This document shows, one piece after another, positions 8,818 to 18,302 of a DNA stretch of 42,269 nucleotides (position 1 is the stretch's first letter; each line of letters opens with the position of its first letter). The position numbers and the translations under genes are program-made. The notes beneath the pieces are model-generated. The model searched no databases, was not told the origin of the DNA, and saw only the letters and a list, made by a program, of their open reading frames with translations. The DNA lies in the sequence record DRR378314_807; one strand, 5' to 3'.

Positions 8818-10203
8818 TCAATCAGGTGACGCTGGCGAGTCAGTTTTTATTAATTTAAAAAGCAATCCTGGCTCCATTCTTTGAGCCGAAAGCACCCAGT
8901 TATGGGTTAATGCTATTTCCTGACATATTGCTAAACCTAAGCCTGCCCCAAAGTCACGTCTATGCTCACCGCGCCAAAAGCGGGTAAACAATAACGGCAG
9001 CTCTTCCTCGCTAACGCCAGGACCTCGGTCTCTAATCGTAATCTCATGAGGGTAAAGTCGTATAAGAATATCCGTATTCGGCGGCGCATGTTGTATCGCA
9101 TTTTCCAGCAAGTTTTTTAATAAAGTGAAAAATGCACCTCGGTCTGCAAGCCACTCTGCACCTAAACTCTCGTCCTCCACAACGAGGTGTACATTCGCTG
9201 TTTCCGCCATTCTCAGTAAATAGCCTTTTGCTTCTTCAACGACAGACTCAACTTCAACAACAACAAAATTATAGTTATGTGGTTCACTGGTTTCTGCTAA
9301 CAGAAGTAACTGCTGGACCTGCCGCGACATATAACACACATCGTGCAGCAACCAATTGCGCTCTTCAGTTTCCTCCATCAATTCCAGCTGAGCACGAATT
9401 AACGATAAGGGCGTTTTTAGCTCATGCGCAGCTGTCGCCAAAAAGGATTGTTGCACCCGGAAACCTCGCTCCAGACGTTCCAGAACTTCGTTGAAGCTGG
9501 TCACTAAAGGTGCAATTTCGAGAGGAACATTGTCCTGTTTCAGTCGCGCCTGCAACGAACGAGGAGATATTGCTGAAGCCGATTGAGACAACTCGCGTAA
9601 GGGTTTTAGGGTGTGTCTGATAGTAAAATGGGCACAGGCGCCAAAAACGAGAAACAGCACCAAAGATAATACCGCCAACCCACCTTCTAAAAAGGTTAAG
9701 CCAAAAGCGTCATGAGCAAAGTAGATAAATCGTCTGCTTACTGCTATTTGAACAAACCAGTTTTTACCGTCATGTTCAAATACACCTGTAGCAGCATCCA
9801 TCGGCATGCCATTACGCTCAAACTCAAAAGAGCTGGTTAATGTTGGATTTTTAACATCAACATCGGCCCAGAATGACTCTCCGGCGGCAGAGTAAAATAT
9901 CACATTCCCGGACTGGTCCAGTACCCGGTATGCCAATTCTCGACCCAGGCTTTCAAACAACCAGTTATATTCATCACTTAGCCCAAGCTGTACCGGAACT
10001 CCTTCGCTATTAAACTGCAGTTCTTCAGCCAAATGCTGAGAAGCATCATTCACTTCAAGTTGTGAGAAAATATTATTTTTAAAAACTAATACAGTTATCA
10101 GCACCACAGCGATAAAACTGACACTAAGCACCATACCAACAACAAACGCCAGCAAGACTTTAAAACTTAAGCTATTTAGTCGGTCCGCTATCCTGAAGCG
10201 CAT
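8818..10203 (-). CDS. Membrane sensor histidine kinase (2 TM, HAMP, HisKA, HATPase)
   Basis: H-box AHELKTPL, N-box NLLENAIQH, G1 DRGPG and G2 GAGLGLAI. Two TM segments flank a periplasmic domain. Confidence 0.93.
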   Translation of the reverse strand: MRFRIADRLNSLSFKVLLAFVVGMVLSVSFIAVVLITVLVFKNNIFSQLEVNDASQHLAEELQFNSEGVPVQLGLSDEYNWLFESLGRELAYRVLDQSGNVIFYSAAGESFWADVDVKNPTLTSSFEFERNGMPMDAATGVFEHDGKNWFVQIAVSRRFIYFAHDAFGLTFLEGGLAVLSLVLFLVFGACAHFTIRHTLKPLRELSQSASAISPRSLQARLKQDNVPLEIAPLVTSFNEVLERLERGFRVQQSFLATAAHELKTPLSLIRAQLELMEETEERNWLLHDVCYMSRQVQQLLLLAETSEPHNYNFVVVEVESVVEEAKGYLLRMAETANVHLVVEDESLGAEWLADRGAFFTLLKNLLENAIQHAPPNTDILIRLYPHEITIRDRGPGVSEEELPLLFTRFWRGEHRRDFGAGLGLAICQEIALTHNWVLSAQRMEPGLLFKLIKTDSPASPD

Positions 10204-10858
10204 AGCCTATGCCCCTTATATTTACTATCCGCTGCGTTGAACCAATAGCTGACAACTTTCGTCGAATACGATGTAAAGCCACATCCAGCGCGTTAGGTGT
10301 CACCGCATCGCTGAACCCCCAACCCGCAGCTTCAAGAGCACTATGGCGTACCGACCCGTTACACTTTTGCATCAATAACAACATAATTTGCAATTCGGCT
10401 TGCGCCAGAGTTTCGCTTTTCTCACCACAGCAAATAAGGCTGCTTTCAGGGCGCAGCGTTAGATCACCACATTGTGGCTCCAGTGAGCGAACCTCTGCGG
10501 GTCTGCGCAACAATGCGCGTACCCGCGCAACCATTTCTTCCATTGCAAAAGGCTTAGCAAGATAATCCTCCGCTCCGGCATCCAGACCTTCAACGCGATC
10601 GTTTAATGCTGTGCGTGCAGTCAGGACAAGACAAGGAATCGTATTCCCGGCTTCTCGTAGAGACCGAAGCAAAGAGAGTCCGTCACCGTCGGGAACCCCA
10701 CGATCAATAACCAAAGCCTGATAAGGCATTCGCTGTAGCGCAGCCTCCGCGTGAGAAATATGATTAAAAGTATCAACCATAATTCCTGCAGGAGCTAGTC
10801 CTTCTGATATCAAGCGGGCCAAGCGCTCATGGTCTTCAAGTAACAGTATGCGGCTCAT
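10172..10858 (-). CDS. OmpR/PhoB-family response regulator (QseB/TctD-like)
   Basis: LLLED, phospho-acceptor IDRGVPDGDG, KPF and a C-terminal winged helix ending NIRGIGY. Overlaps both neighbours. Confidence 0.93.
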   Translation of the reverse strand: MSRILLLEDHERLARLISEGLAPAGIMVDTFNHISHAEAALQRMPYQALVIDRGVPDGDGLSLLRSLREAGNTIPCLVLTARTALNDRVEGLDAGAEDYLAKPFAMEEMVARVRALLRRPAEVRSLEPQCGDLTLRPESSLICCGEKSETLAQAELQIMLLLMQKCNGSVRHSALEAAGWGFSDAVTPNALDVALHRIRRKLSAIGSTQRIVNIRGIGYALQDSGPTK

Positions 10859-11682
10859 CAGAAGCTGTAGATGTAACCGAAAACTATCCGGTTTTCAGTG
10901 GAACTATCAACTAACGGGCTGTCTTTTATTTCCGATGCTAAGCTGGTAACGCTGGCATCGAGAAACACAAAGTGCTTTTGCTTAAACATATAGCCCCCAC
11001 GTGCACCGATCTCAATATTCACACCAGCGTCTCCCTGGTAAAAAGAGCGCTCAGCATTAACTTCACCTGCACGGACTCCGTAATAGTAATCAACATATTC
11101 CTTATCCAGCCAGCTCACCACGATTCGGGGAGTAAATAGAAACTGTTCCTGGAAATGCCAGGTTCTCTCTATACCCAAATTAATAACGCTGCCTTCGCTA
11201 TCACCGGAAACTTCGGTAACATATTCAGCACTGATATCAGCATAGTTGTTTTGCCATTCTGCTCTAAAGCCTGCCCAGAAACCACCATCGCGATCTTCCA
11301 TGCCGTTTAGTATAGGCGCATCGCTTTGTTCGTAGTCAGTAAAGTCGTATTTTGCGACAAAACCAAAATTAAACTGATTCGATTCATTCAGCTTGTATCC
11401 TGGTAATTTGAAAGCCAGTTCAGGGCCTGCCAGCCGAATATATTCGTTTTCGTACGTCAATATCGGTAACAATTTATTGTCACGGTCAATATCAGTATAA
11501 GGCTTTTGACTACTGCTGACCCCAACGCCGAGCCCCCAGGAAGAGCCGGATGAATCGTCACCAAACTCATTTTCTGCTGCAGCAGTCAGGGGCAGCCCTG
11601 CTCCAAGCAGAAAAGACCCAAAGACCAGGGTGTTTATTACTTTCGTTTTGAAACTAGCCCGTATTGATATTCCCAAGCGCAT
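10858..11682 (-). CDS. mipA: MipA/OmpV-family outer-membrane beta-barrel protein
   Basis: Signal peptide, WGLGVG...PY, GMEDRD, YVDYYYGV, IKDSPLVD and C-terminal YSF. Start ATG 11682 follows AAAGGA. TGATG coupling to the regulator. Confidence 0.9.
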   Translation of the reverse strand: MRLGISIRASFKTKVINTLVFGSFLLGAGLPLTAAAENEFGDDSSGSSWGLGVGVSSSQKPYTDIDRDNKLLPILTYENEYIRLAGPELAFKLPGYKLNESNQFNFGFVAKYDFTDYEQSDAPILNGMEDRDGGFWAGFRAEWQNNYADISAEYVTEVSGDSEGSVINLGIERTWHFQEQFLFTPRIVVSWLDKEYVDYYYGVRAGEVNAERSFYQGDAGVNIEIGARGGYMFKQKHFVFLDASVTSLASEIKDSPLVDSSTENRIVFGYIYSF

Positions 11683-11724
11683 AAATAGGTTCCTTTCAAA
11701 TAAAATAGATGTGTTAGAGCCTGC

Positions 11725-11758
11725 ATCATCTGCGCCCACGACTTACCTAAAACTTACC
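11725..11758 (-). promoter_or_regulatory. Direct-repeat response-regulator box and putative -10 upstream of mipA
   Basis: Plus strand has ACTTACC at 11741 and 11752 (11-bp period; minus strand GGTAAGT-ttta-GGTAAGT). AGATGAT begins at the 10th nt downstream on the minus strand. Confidence 0.7.
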
Positions 11759-11786
11759 AAAACACATTTTTACTCTTTTTCAGCCA

Positions 11787-11819
11787 GTAAGTTTCCTGAA
11801 AGACAGCCCGGTAGATAGT
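11787..11819 (+). promoter_or_regulatory. Degenerate copy of the same box upstream of the RND operon
   Basis: GTAAGT (11787)-ttcct-GAAAGA (11798), then AGATAGT at the same offset as in the mipA promoter. Confidence 0.5.
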
Positions 11820-11866
11820 GCATCGGCGTTCAGATAGAGCTAACGCTGAATAAAAGGAACCAGGAA

Positions 11867-13015
11867 ATGAAAAGGTCACATCAGGTTGTATTAACTGCCG
11901 CAATTTTTGTGGTGGCAGTTACCGGTGCAATAGTCGCAATTAAGAGTGCGAATAATTCAAAAGACGATGCGGCAACCGCCTTCCCTAGTCCCGTACTTAC
12001 CGTTAGTGTAACCACGCCAAAAATCTCCGTGTTACCGGTAACTTTATCAGCTAATGGCGATATCAGCGCCTGGCAGGAAGCTATCATCGGTAATGAAACC
12101 GACGGGCTCAGGCTGGCGGAAGTCGCCGTTAATGTTGGTGATAAAGTGCAGCGCGGAGAACTACTGGCGACTTTCTCTGCCGATACGGTTAAAGCCGAAC
12201 TGGCGCAAAGCGACGCTGCCGTTGCAGAAGCTCAAGCTTTGCTGGCTGAAGCCAGAGAAGATGTAAAGCGCGCGACCGAATTGCAAACTAAAGGAGCGCT
12301 TACAGCTCAACAAGTTCAGCAGTATAGCACTGTTGAGAAAACGGCTCGCGCACGACTTAAATCAGCTCAGGCTTATCTGGATGCGCAACAATTAAGATTG
12401 AAACAAACTCAGGTTCTGGCTCCGGACAGCGGCATTATTTCCTCCAGAACAGCAACTGTGGGAGCCGTACTGCCTCGTGGAGAGGAACTGTTTCGCCTTA
12501 TTAGAGGGAATAGACTTGAATGGCGTGCTGAAGTATCAGTTCGGGATCTGAATAAGCTGCACCCCGGCCTGAAAGTTCAGGTTACACCTGCAGGCGGTGA
12601 GCCCATTACGGCTAAGGTCCGCACGGTCGCACCGCTAGTAAATACACAGACTCGTTCCGGTTTAGTTTATGTGGACCTTCCTTCCGACAATACAGTCCGC
12701 GCAGGCTCCTTTGCTCACGGACAATTCGAGCTTGGCACCACAGAAGCACTAACTCTGCCACAAAGTGCCGTACAAATGCGGGATGGTTTTAGCTATGTGA
12801 TGCGTATCGACGAAAAAGAGCGCGTGTGGCAAACCAAAGTCATAACAGGGCAGCGATCTGCAGATTTGGTAGAGATTGTCAGCGGTATTACCGCAATGGA
12901 TCGAGTGGTAATAAATGGTAGTGCGTTTCTTGGTGATGGTGACTTGGTTCGAATTGCTCCAACCACGTCTAGCACCGGAGTCACACCTTCTCAAGCAAAC
13001 CGGAGTATAAAATGA
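11867..13015 (+). CDS. RND efflux periplasmic adaptor (membrane fusion protein)
   Basis: N-terminal TM anchor, VNVGDKVQRGELLA lipoyl half, helical hairpin and APDSGII. ATGA overlap with the RND gene. Confidence 0.92.
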   Translation: MKRSHQVVLTAAIFVVAVTGAIVAIKSANNSKDDAATAFPSPVLTVSVTTPKISVLPVTLSANGDISAWQEAIIGNETDGLRLAEVAVNVGDKVQRGELLATFSADTVKAELAQSDAAVAEAQALLAEAREDVKRATELQTKGALTAQQVQQYSTVEKTARARLKSAQAYLDAQQLRLKQTQVLAPDSGIISSRTATVGAVLPRGEELFRLIRGNRLEWRAEVSVRDLNKLHPGLKVQVTPAGGEPITAKVRTVAPLVNTQTRSGLVYVDLPSDNTVRAGSFAHGQFELGTTEALTLPQSAVQMRDGFSYVMRIDEKERVWQTKVITGQRSADLVEIVSGITAMDRVVINGSAFLGDGDLVRIAPTTSSTGVTPSQANRSIK

Positions 13016-16000
13016 ACCTGAATATTTCCGCATGGGCTATACGCAACCCTACTCCGGCTATCATGCTATTTGTCCTGCTGACATTAGCGGGGATTATAAG
13101 CTTTCGCGCAATGAAAATTCAGGATTTGCCCGACTTAGATATACCCACAGTCAATGTAGGCATTTCACTACCCGGAGCCTCTCCGGCGCAGCTAGAAACC
13201 GATGTCGTTCGCAAAATTGAAAGTTCACTGTCCACAGTTCAGGGAGTGAAACACATCTACAGCAACCTCACCGACGGTGAAGCCACGATCTCAGTTGAAT
13301 TCCTGCTCGAACGTTCCGTGCAGGAAGCGCTAGACGATGTTCGGGACGCCGTATCGCGTATTCGGGCCGATTTACCTGCGGATCTGCGCGACCCGGTGAT
13401 TAGAAAAGAGCAGCTTTCAGGCTCGCCTATTTTGACCTATACACTTAGCTCAGAGCAGATGGATGACAAAGCACTGTCGTGGTTCGTCGACAATGATGTC
13501 AGTAAAGCATTACTCTCGGTAAGAGGCGTGGGAGCCGTTAGCAGAGTCGGCGGCGTGAATCGTGAAATTCGCGTCGACCTGGATTTTGACCAGCTACTAG
13601 CCTTCAATACCACCGCAGCCGATATCTCTCGCCAGCTACGTTTGGTACAGCAGGAAGCTTCCGGCGGGCGCGCTCATTTGGGCGATATGGAGCAATCGAT
13701 AAGAACCATCGCCACCGTGCAGTCAGCGGAAGACTTTGCCAGCATGGAAATAACCTTAAGTGATGGTCGGCATGTTCGCCTGAACCAGATAGCTACAGTG
13801 TCTGACACAGTTGCAGAAAAGCGTTCTGCGGCTTTCCTTAACGGAAAGCCAGTCGTGGGTTTCGAGATAACTCGCGCCATAGGTTACGGTGAAATTGAAG
13901 TTGCTAAAGGGGTAAGTGAAGCATTACAAAAACTGCAGGACACTCGCCCCGATATCAACATAACCGAAGTCTTTAACCTGACTGAACCCGTTGCAGAGAA
14001 TTACGCGGGTTCCATGCAATTATTGTATGAAGGTGCCCTGTTAGCCGTTCTGGTAGTATTTGCGTTTTTGCGAAACTGGCGTTCAACGTTCATTTCAGCG
14101 GTAGCCTTGCCATTATCTATAATCCCCACTTTTGCCGTCATACACCTTATGGGATTCTCTCTGAATGGCGTCACTTTACTAGCGCTGTCACTGGTTATCG
14201 GTGTTCTCGTAGATGATGCCATTGTGGAAGTCGAGAATATCGAACGCCACCTGCTTATGGGTAAAACGCCCTTACAAGCGGCTATGGAAGCAGCCGATGA
14301 AATTGGTCTGGCGGTAGTCGCGACAACTTTCACAATCATAGCGGTGTTCCTGCCGACCGCGTTTATGAGCGGCGTAGTTGGTATGTTTTTCGTTCAGTTC
14401 GGTTGGACAGCTGCGATAGCCGTGTTGTTCTCATTACTCGTTGCCCGGTTGCTAACGCCGATGATGGCAGCCTATCTGCTGCGTGCACCAAAACAAAAGG
14501 TCAAACCTGAACCGAGCTGGATACGCTATTATCTGAAAATTGTGGCTTGGTGTTTACGCCATAAAGGCAAAACGATGATTACTACAGGCGTTTTTTTCGG
14601 CGTGGGGATCATGCTGGCAGCGACACTACCGGGTACCTTTATGCCCGCCGAAGACTATCAGCAAACACAAGTCACGATTACACAGCAACCGGGTACCAAA
14701 ATACACGACACCATAGAATTGGCGGAACAAGCTCGCCAGATGCTTCAGGAGCACCCACACGTCAAGCAAATCTATACGGCTATCGGTGGAGGAAGTTCCG
14801 GTAAGCCCGATGAGGGCAGCGGCACCGCAGCTAGCGTTCGCTCTGCAGTACTAACACTTAGCCTTACCCACCGAAGTGAAAGGTCAGGTTTGCACAAGCA
14901 GCAGATTGAACAGCAATTGCGTGAAACGATGAAAGCTCTGCCAGGTGCCAGAGTTAAAGTGGGCTTGGACGAAAACTATTTGCTCGTGCTTGCCGGTGAA
15001 GACAGCCGCGTTTTACAGCAACATGCGTACCGAGTTGAGCAGGAGTTACGCGGCATTCCTGGAATAGGAGCGGTTACCTCAAGTGCCAGTCTTGTCAGGC
15101 CTGAACTACTGATAAAACCAAACTTTTCACGCGCTGCAGATCTCGGCGTTACTTCATCAGCAATAGCCGATACTCTCAGAATTGCGACCTCTGGTGACTA
15201 TGTTGAGGAACTGGCAAAGTTAAATTTAAATGACCGTCAGGTACCCGTAGTTGTGCGTCTTAATGATATAGCGCGCGAAGATATTGATACCTATAAACGC
15301 TTACCGATACCTGGCGCACGAGGCCCAGTTCCGCTGGAAAGTGTAGCCAGCCTTGAAATAGCCAGCGGACCTGCAGAAATCACCCGTTTTGACCGAATGC
15401 GCAATGTTAACTTTGAAGTAGAGCTGAACAATATGCCGTTGGGTGTGGTTGAGCAGGCTGTGCTGGAACTACCCAGTTTACAGCGCCTACCTCCGGGGGT
15501 ATCACAGACAACCCTAGGCGACGCGGAGATGATGGGGGAATTAGGCGCAGGCTTCGCTAACGCCATGCTAACCGGTATTATCTGTATTTATATTGTGCTG
15601 ATACTGTTACTGAAAGATGTTATTCAGCCCATCACTATACTTACAGCACTGGCGTTATCCGTTCCCGGCGCCTTTCTCGCACTATTTCTGACCAACTCCG
15701 CATTGTCATTACCCGCGATAATTGGTTTAGTCATGTTAATGGGTATCGCAACTAAGAACTCTATCTTGCTAATCGATTACATCATCATTGCACGACGAGA
15801 CCACAGCCTGGAGCGCTACGATGCTGTCATTGATGCCTGCCGCAAGCGTGCCAGACCTATTATAATGACCACCGTTGCAATGACCGCAGGGATGACTCCA
15901 ATAGCGCTGGGAATGGGTGGAGATCCCAGCTTCCGCTCGCCAATGGCCATTGTTGTGATTGGGGGACTACTTACCTCAACTTTTCTCAGCTTATTGGTTA

Positions 16001-16083
16001 TACCCGTGGTTTACAGCTATATCGATGATATCGCGCATTGGTTAAAACCACTTTTACAGCGAGTATCTCTGTTGAACAAATGA
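13012..16083 (+). CDS. RND efflux transporter permease (AcrB/D/F superfamily)
   Basis: 1023 aa. Proton-relay motifs VDDAIVEVENI, ATKNSILL and RARPIIMTT are intact. Confidence 0.95.
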   Translation: MNLNISAWAIRNPTPAIMLFVLLTLAGIISFRAMKIQDLPDLDIPTVNVGISLPGASPAQLETDVVRKIESSLSTVQGVKHIYSNLTDGEATISVEFLLERSVQEALDDVRDAVSRIRADLPADLRDPVIRKEQLSGSPILTYTLSSEQMDDKALSWFVDNDVSKALLSVRGVGAVSRVGGVNREIRVDLDFDQLLAFNTTAADISRQLRLVQQEASGGRAHLGDMEQSIRTIATVQSAEDFASMEITLSDGRHVRLNQIATVSDTVAEKRSAAFLNGKPVVGFEITRAIGYGEIEVAKGVSEALQKLQDTRPDINITEVFNLTEPVAENYAGSMQLLYEGALLAVLVVFAFLRNWRSTFISAVALPLSIIPTFAVIHLMGFSLNGVTLLALSLVIGVLVDDAIVEVENIERHLLMGKTPLQAAMEAADEIGLAVVATTFTIIAVFLPTAFMSGVVGMFFVQFGWTAAIAVLFSLLVARLLTPMMAAYLLRAPKQKVKPEPSWIRYYLKIVAWCLRHKGKTMITTGVFFGVGIMLAATLPGTFMPAEDYQQTQVTITQQPGTKIHDTIELAEQARQMLQEHPHVKQIYTAIGGGSSGKPDEGSGTAASVRSAVLTLSLTHRSERSGLHKQQIEQQLRETMKALPGARVKVGLDENYLLVLAGEDSRVLQQHAYRVEQELRGIPGIGAVTSSASLVRPELLIKPNFSRAADLGVTSSAIADTLRIATSGDYVEELAKLNLNDRQVPVVVRLNDIAREDIDTYKRLPIPGARGPVPLESVASLEIASGPAEITRFDRMRNVNFEVELNNMPLGVVEQAVLELPSLQRLPPGVSQTTLGDAEMMGELGAGFANAMLTGIICIYIVLILLLKDVIQPITILTALALSVPGAFLALFLTNSALSLPAIIGLVMLMGIATKNSILLIDYIIIARRDHSLERYDAVIDACRKRARPIIMTTVAMTAGMTPIALGMGGDPSFRSPMAIVVIGGLLTSTFLSLLVIPVVYSYIDDIAHWLKPLLQRVSLLNK

Positions 16084-16085
16084 AT

Positions 16086-16754
16086 TTACCGATTCATTAT
16101 TCTTTCTCTACCGACAAATAGCTTATCGACGCCTTCTAAATGTCGATTAACTAATGGCTGGTAATGGGCGAGCTTTAGGTCATTTAAAAAAGAATACTCG
16201 TCATTGATAAAATCTTTGTAAATAGGTTTCAACGTTTTAAAGCCAATATCAACGTTAATCTCGGAAAACTCTTTTCGCAAACCATTCACGAGTCCACGAA
16301 GCGCCCCGTTTACTGCCATAGGCAAAGACGACAAGGCGCTGAACTCGTAGGACTCTTCGTACAAAAATTGAGTGACGCAACATGACTTTTGTGACCTCAG
16401 TCTGTCTGCCAGTATTCGGTATATTTGCATGACAGACACTATTTGCCGGGAAACCTGTTCATCAATAATTCGTGAAGGAATAGCCTCAATGGCACCAAAC
16501 TTCAGGTCTCCCGGAAATAGAATCACTTCATCAAAAGAACCAAACTCCAAAAAGGCTCTTTCAAGCTCATAGTTCAGACTCCAGTCATCTTTGGGGTCGC
16601 AAATACTACTGAAAGAGTGTTTATTGTTCTTTGATGTAGTTACATAGTCATCAGTGAAGCTTAATTCCCAGACCTCAGTTGCTGGAGATTTAAGGCCGCT
16701 TATAAACTGCTTCGCTAAAAGTGTTTGACTGTTAATGAGTAGATACTTATACAT
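16086..16754 (-). CDS. Highly diverged SDR-fold protein lacking cofactor and catalytic motifs (pseudoenzyme candidate)
   Basis: Intact 222-aa ORF. FGSFDEVILFPGDLKFGAIE...LRSQKS...ALRGLVNGLRKEF aligns by eye with the SDR core, but TGxxxGxG, NNAG and YxxxK are all replaced. Confidence 0.65.
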   Translation of the reverse strand: MYKYLLINSQTLLAKQFISGLKSPATEVWELSFTDDYVTTSKNNKHSFSSICDPKDDWSLNYELERAFLEFGSFDEVILFPGDLKFGAIEAIPSRIIDEQVSRQIVSVMQIYRILADRLRSQKSCCVTQFLYEESYEFSALSSLPMAVNGALRGLVNGLRKEFSEINVDIGFKTLKPIYKDFINDEYSFLNDLKLAHYQPLVNRHLEGVDKLFVGRERIMNR

Positions 16755-16848
16755 TTTTCTTCACCAAAAAATAATTCCTGGAGAGACGTGCGCTAGCAGC
16801 TGATACAACCGACAGACACTCCTGTTAACCACTAGCGCGTGATCCTCT

Positions 16849-16885
16849 ATCATCTAGTACAAGACTTACGTATCACTTACCGAAA
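16849..16885 (-). promoter_or_regulatory. Second well-conserved copy of the mipA-type direct-repeat box, upstream of the pseudo-SDR
   Basis: GACTTACGTATCACTTACCGAAA (16863-16885) versus GACTTACCTAAAACTTACCAAAA (11740-11762) is 19/23 identical. Orientation to the gene is the same, and AGATGAT follows on the minus strand. Confidence 0.7.
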
Positions 16886-16919
16886 TCACCTTTATTGAAA
16901 GCTCAGGCCAGAGTCCGAA

Positions 16920-18302
16920 TTATCTTAACTGGATACCGCCGCCAAAGTTCCGGTAAATGTCGACTAAGCGTATAAAACTCTGTTGTTGTAATTGCGCCAG
17001 CTGGTCACGGCTGCTCAACAATTCGCGTTCGGCATCAAGTAAATCCAGAAACTCGTTGCTACCCGCTTCGTATCGCTGACGGGCAATTTTCACGGCCTTT
17101 TTACTGGCCTGCCACTGTTGCTCGGTATTAAGTTGCTGCTCGCGGCTCAGGTTGTAACTGTTAAGCGATAGCTGCATTTCGTTAATGGCGTCAAATACCT
17201 GTTGCTCAAACTGAGCCAGCGCCATTTGCGCACTGGCTTCAGCCTGCCGAATGCGTGATTTTACCGAACCTAAATCGGCAGCCTGCCAACTTAAACTCGG
17301 TGCCACCGACCAGCTTTGTGTTTCACTACCCAGAGTTAGTCCCGGGCCGGATAAAAACCCCAGAAAACCACGCACCGACAGGTTCGGATATAAATCTGCC
17401 GTAGCCACGCCAATATTTGCCGTACGGGCCGCTAATAATCGCTCGCTACTTGCCACGTCCGCCCGGTGGCGCAGATAATTCTCACCGTCAACTACAGCCA
17501 CCGGCCGCTTCAGCCCAGGCAATTGCGGATCAGCACTTAACTCCAACTGACCCGGTTCTAACGCCAACAATGCTGACAAGGTTGCATCCGCCGCCGATAG
17601 CGCTTCCCGGTATGCGGGCACTGACGCTTTCACCCGGTGCAATTGCACGTCAATTTGCGCTAGCTCCAACTCTGAAGCCATACCGACCTCTAATCTGGCC
17701 AACACTATGGCACGACTTTGCTGCAAGTTATCCAGGTTTTCTTCGGCAACCTTCAGCCGTAACTGCGCTCCACGATATTCGCCGTAACTGGTTGCTACCT
17801 GACTAATCAGTCGCACTTGCGCGTCGCGCCAGAGAATATCCGCCTGCTGCGCCTGAGCTTCTGCCGCTTCACTGGCTCGGCGTAATTTACCGAACAAATC
17901 CAGATCCCAGCTTAAGTTGGCACCGCTGCTGTACCCGCGGGTAATAACGTCATCATCGTCTGCCGACAGAGTATTGTTTTCACTTGCCTGATAACCTGCT
18001 TCCAACGTCCCTTTCGGCCATGAATCGTTGTCGGCATCACGAAATACCGCATAAGCCCGGTCGACATTCGCCCTGGCTTGCGCCAGGGTACGGTTCTGCT
18101 CCAGAGCACGCTCAACCAACTGATTAAGCTCGACGTCGTCAAACGCTTGCCACCAGCTCAAAGCCTGCTCGGCCTGCTGATAGGGCTGGCTTAGGTGAAT
18201 GCTTTCTACCTTCTCCGGCCTTTGGTAATCCGGTCCGGCAGAGCAGGCGCTTAGCGACGCCACGAGTAGAGCAAGGGTTGATAGCTTCACTGTATTACGC
18301 AT
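16920..18302 (-). CDS. Efflux outer-membrane factor lipoprotein (OprN/NodT-like)
   Basis: LSAC lipobox, GPDYQRP, WWQAFDD..LNQLVE, SWDLDLFG, ADLYP and FGGG end. Start ATG 18302 overlaps the RND stop. Confidence 0.92.
   Translation of the reverse strand: MRNTVKLSTLALLVASLSACSAGPDYQRPEKVESIHLSQPYQQAEQALSWWQAFDDVELNQLVERALEQNRTLAQARANVDRAYAVFRDADNDSWPKGTLEAGYQASENNTLSADDDDVITRGYSSGANLSWDLDLFGKLRRASEAAEAQAQQADILWRDAQVRLISQVATSYGEYRGAQLRLKVAEENLDNLQQSRAIVLARLEVGMASELELAQIDVQLHRVKASVPAYREALSAADATLSALLALEPGQLELSADPQLPGLKRPVAVVDGENYLRHRADVASSERLLAARTANIGVATADLYPNLSVRGFLGFLSGPGLTLGSETQSWSVAPSLSWQAADLGSVKSRIRQAEASAQMALAQFEQQVFDAINEMQLSLNSYNLSREQQLNTEQQWQASKKAVKIARQRYEAGSNEFLDLLDAERELLSSRDQLAQLQQQSFIRLVDIYRNFGGGIQLR

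Noticed and set aside
16790-16838. GCGCTAG/CTAGCGC inverted repeat with an internal AGGAG in the pseudo-SDR leader as a riboswitch or leader peptide
   Set aside because: The stem is only 7 bp with a 35-nt loop, and there is no well-placed start codon. The evidence is insufficient.
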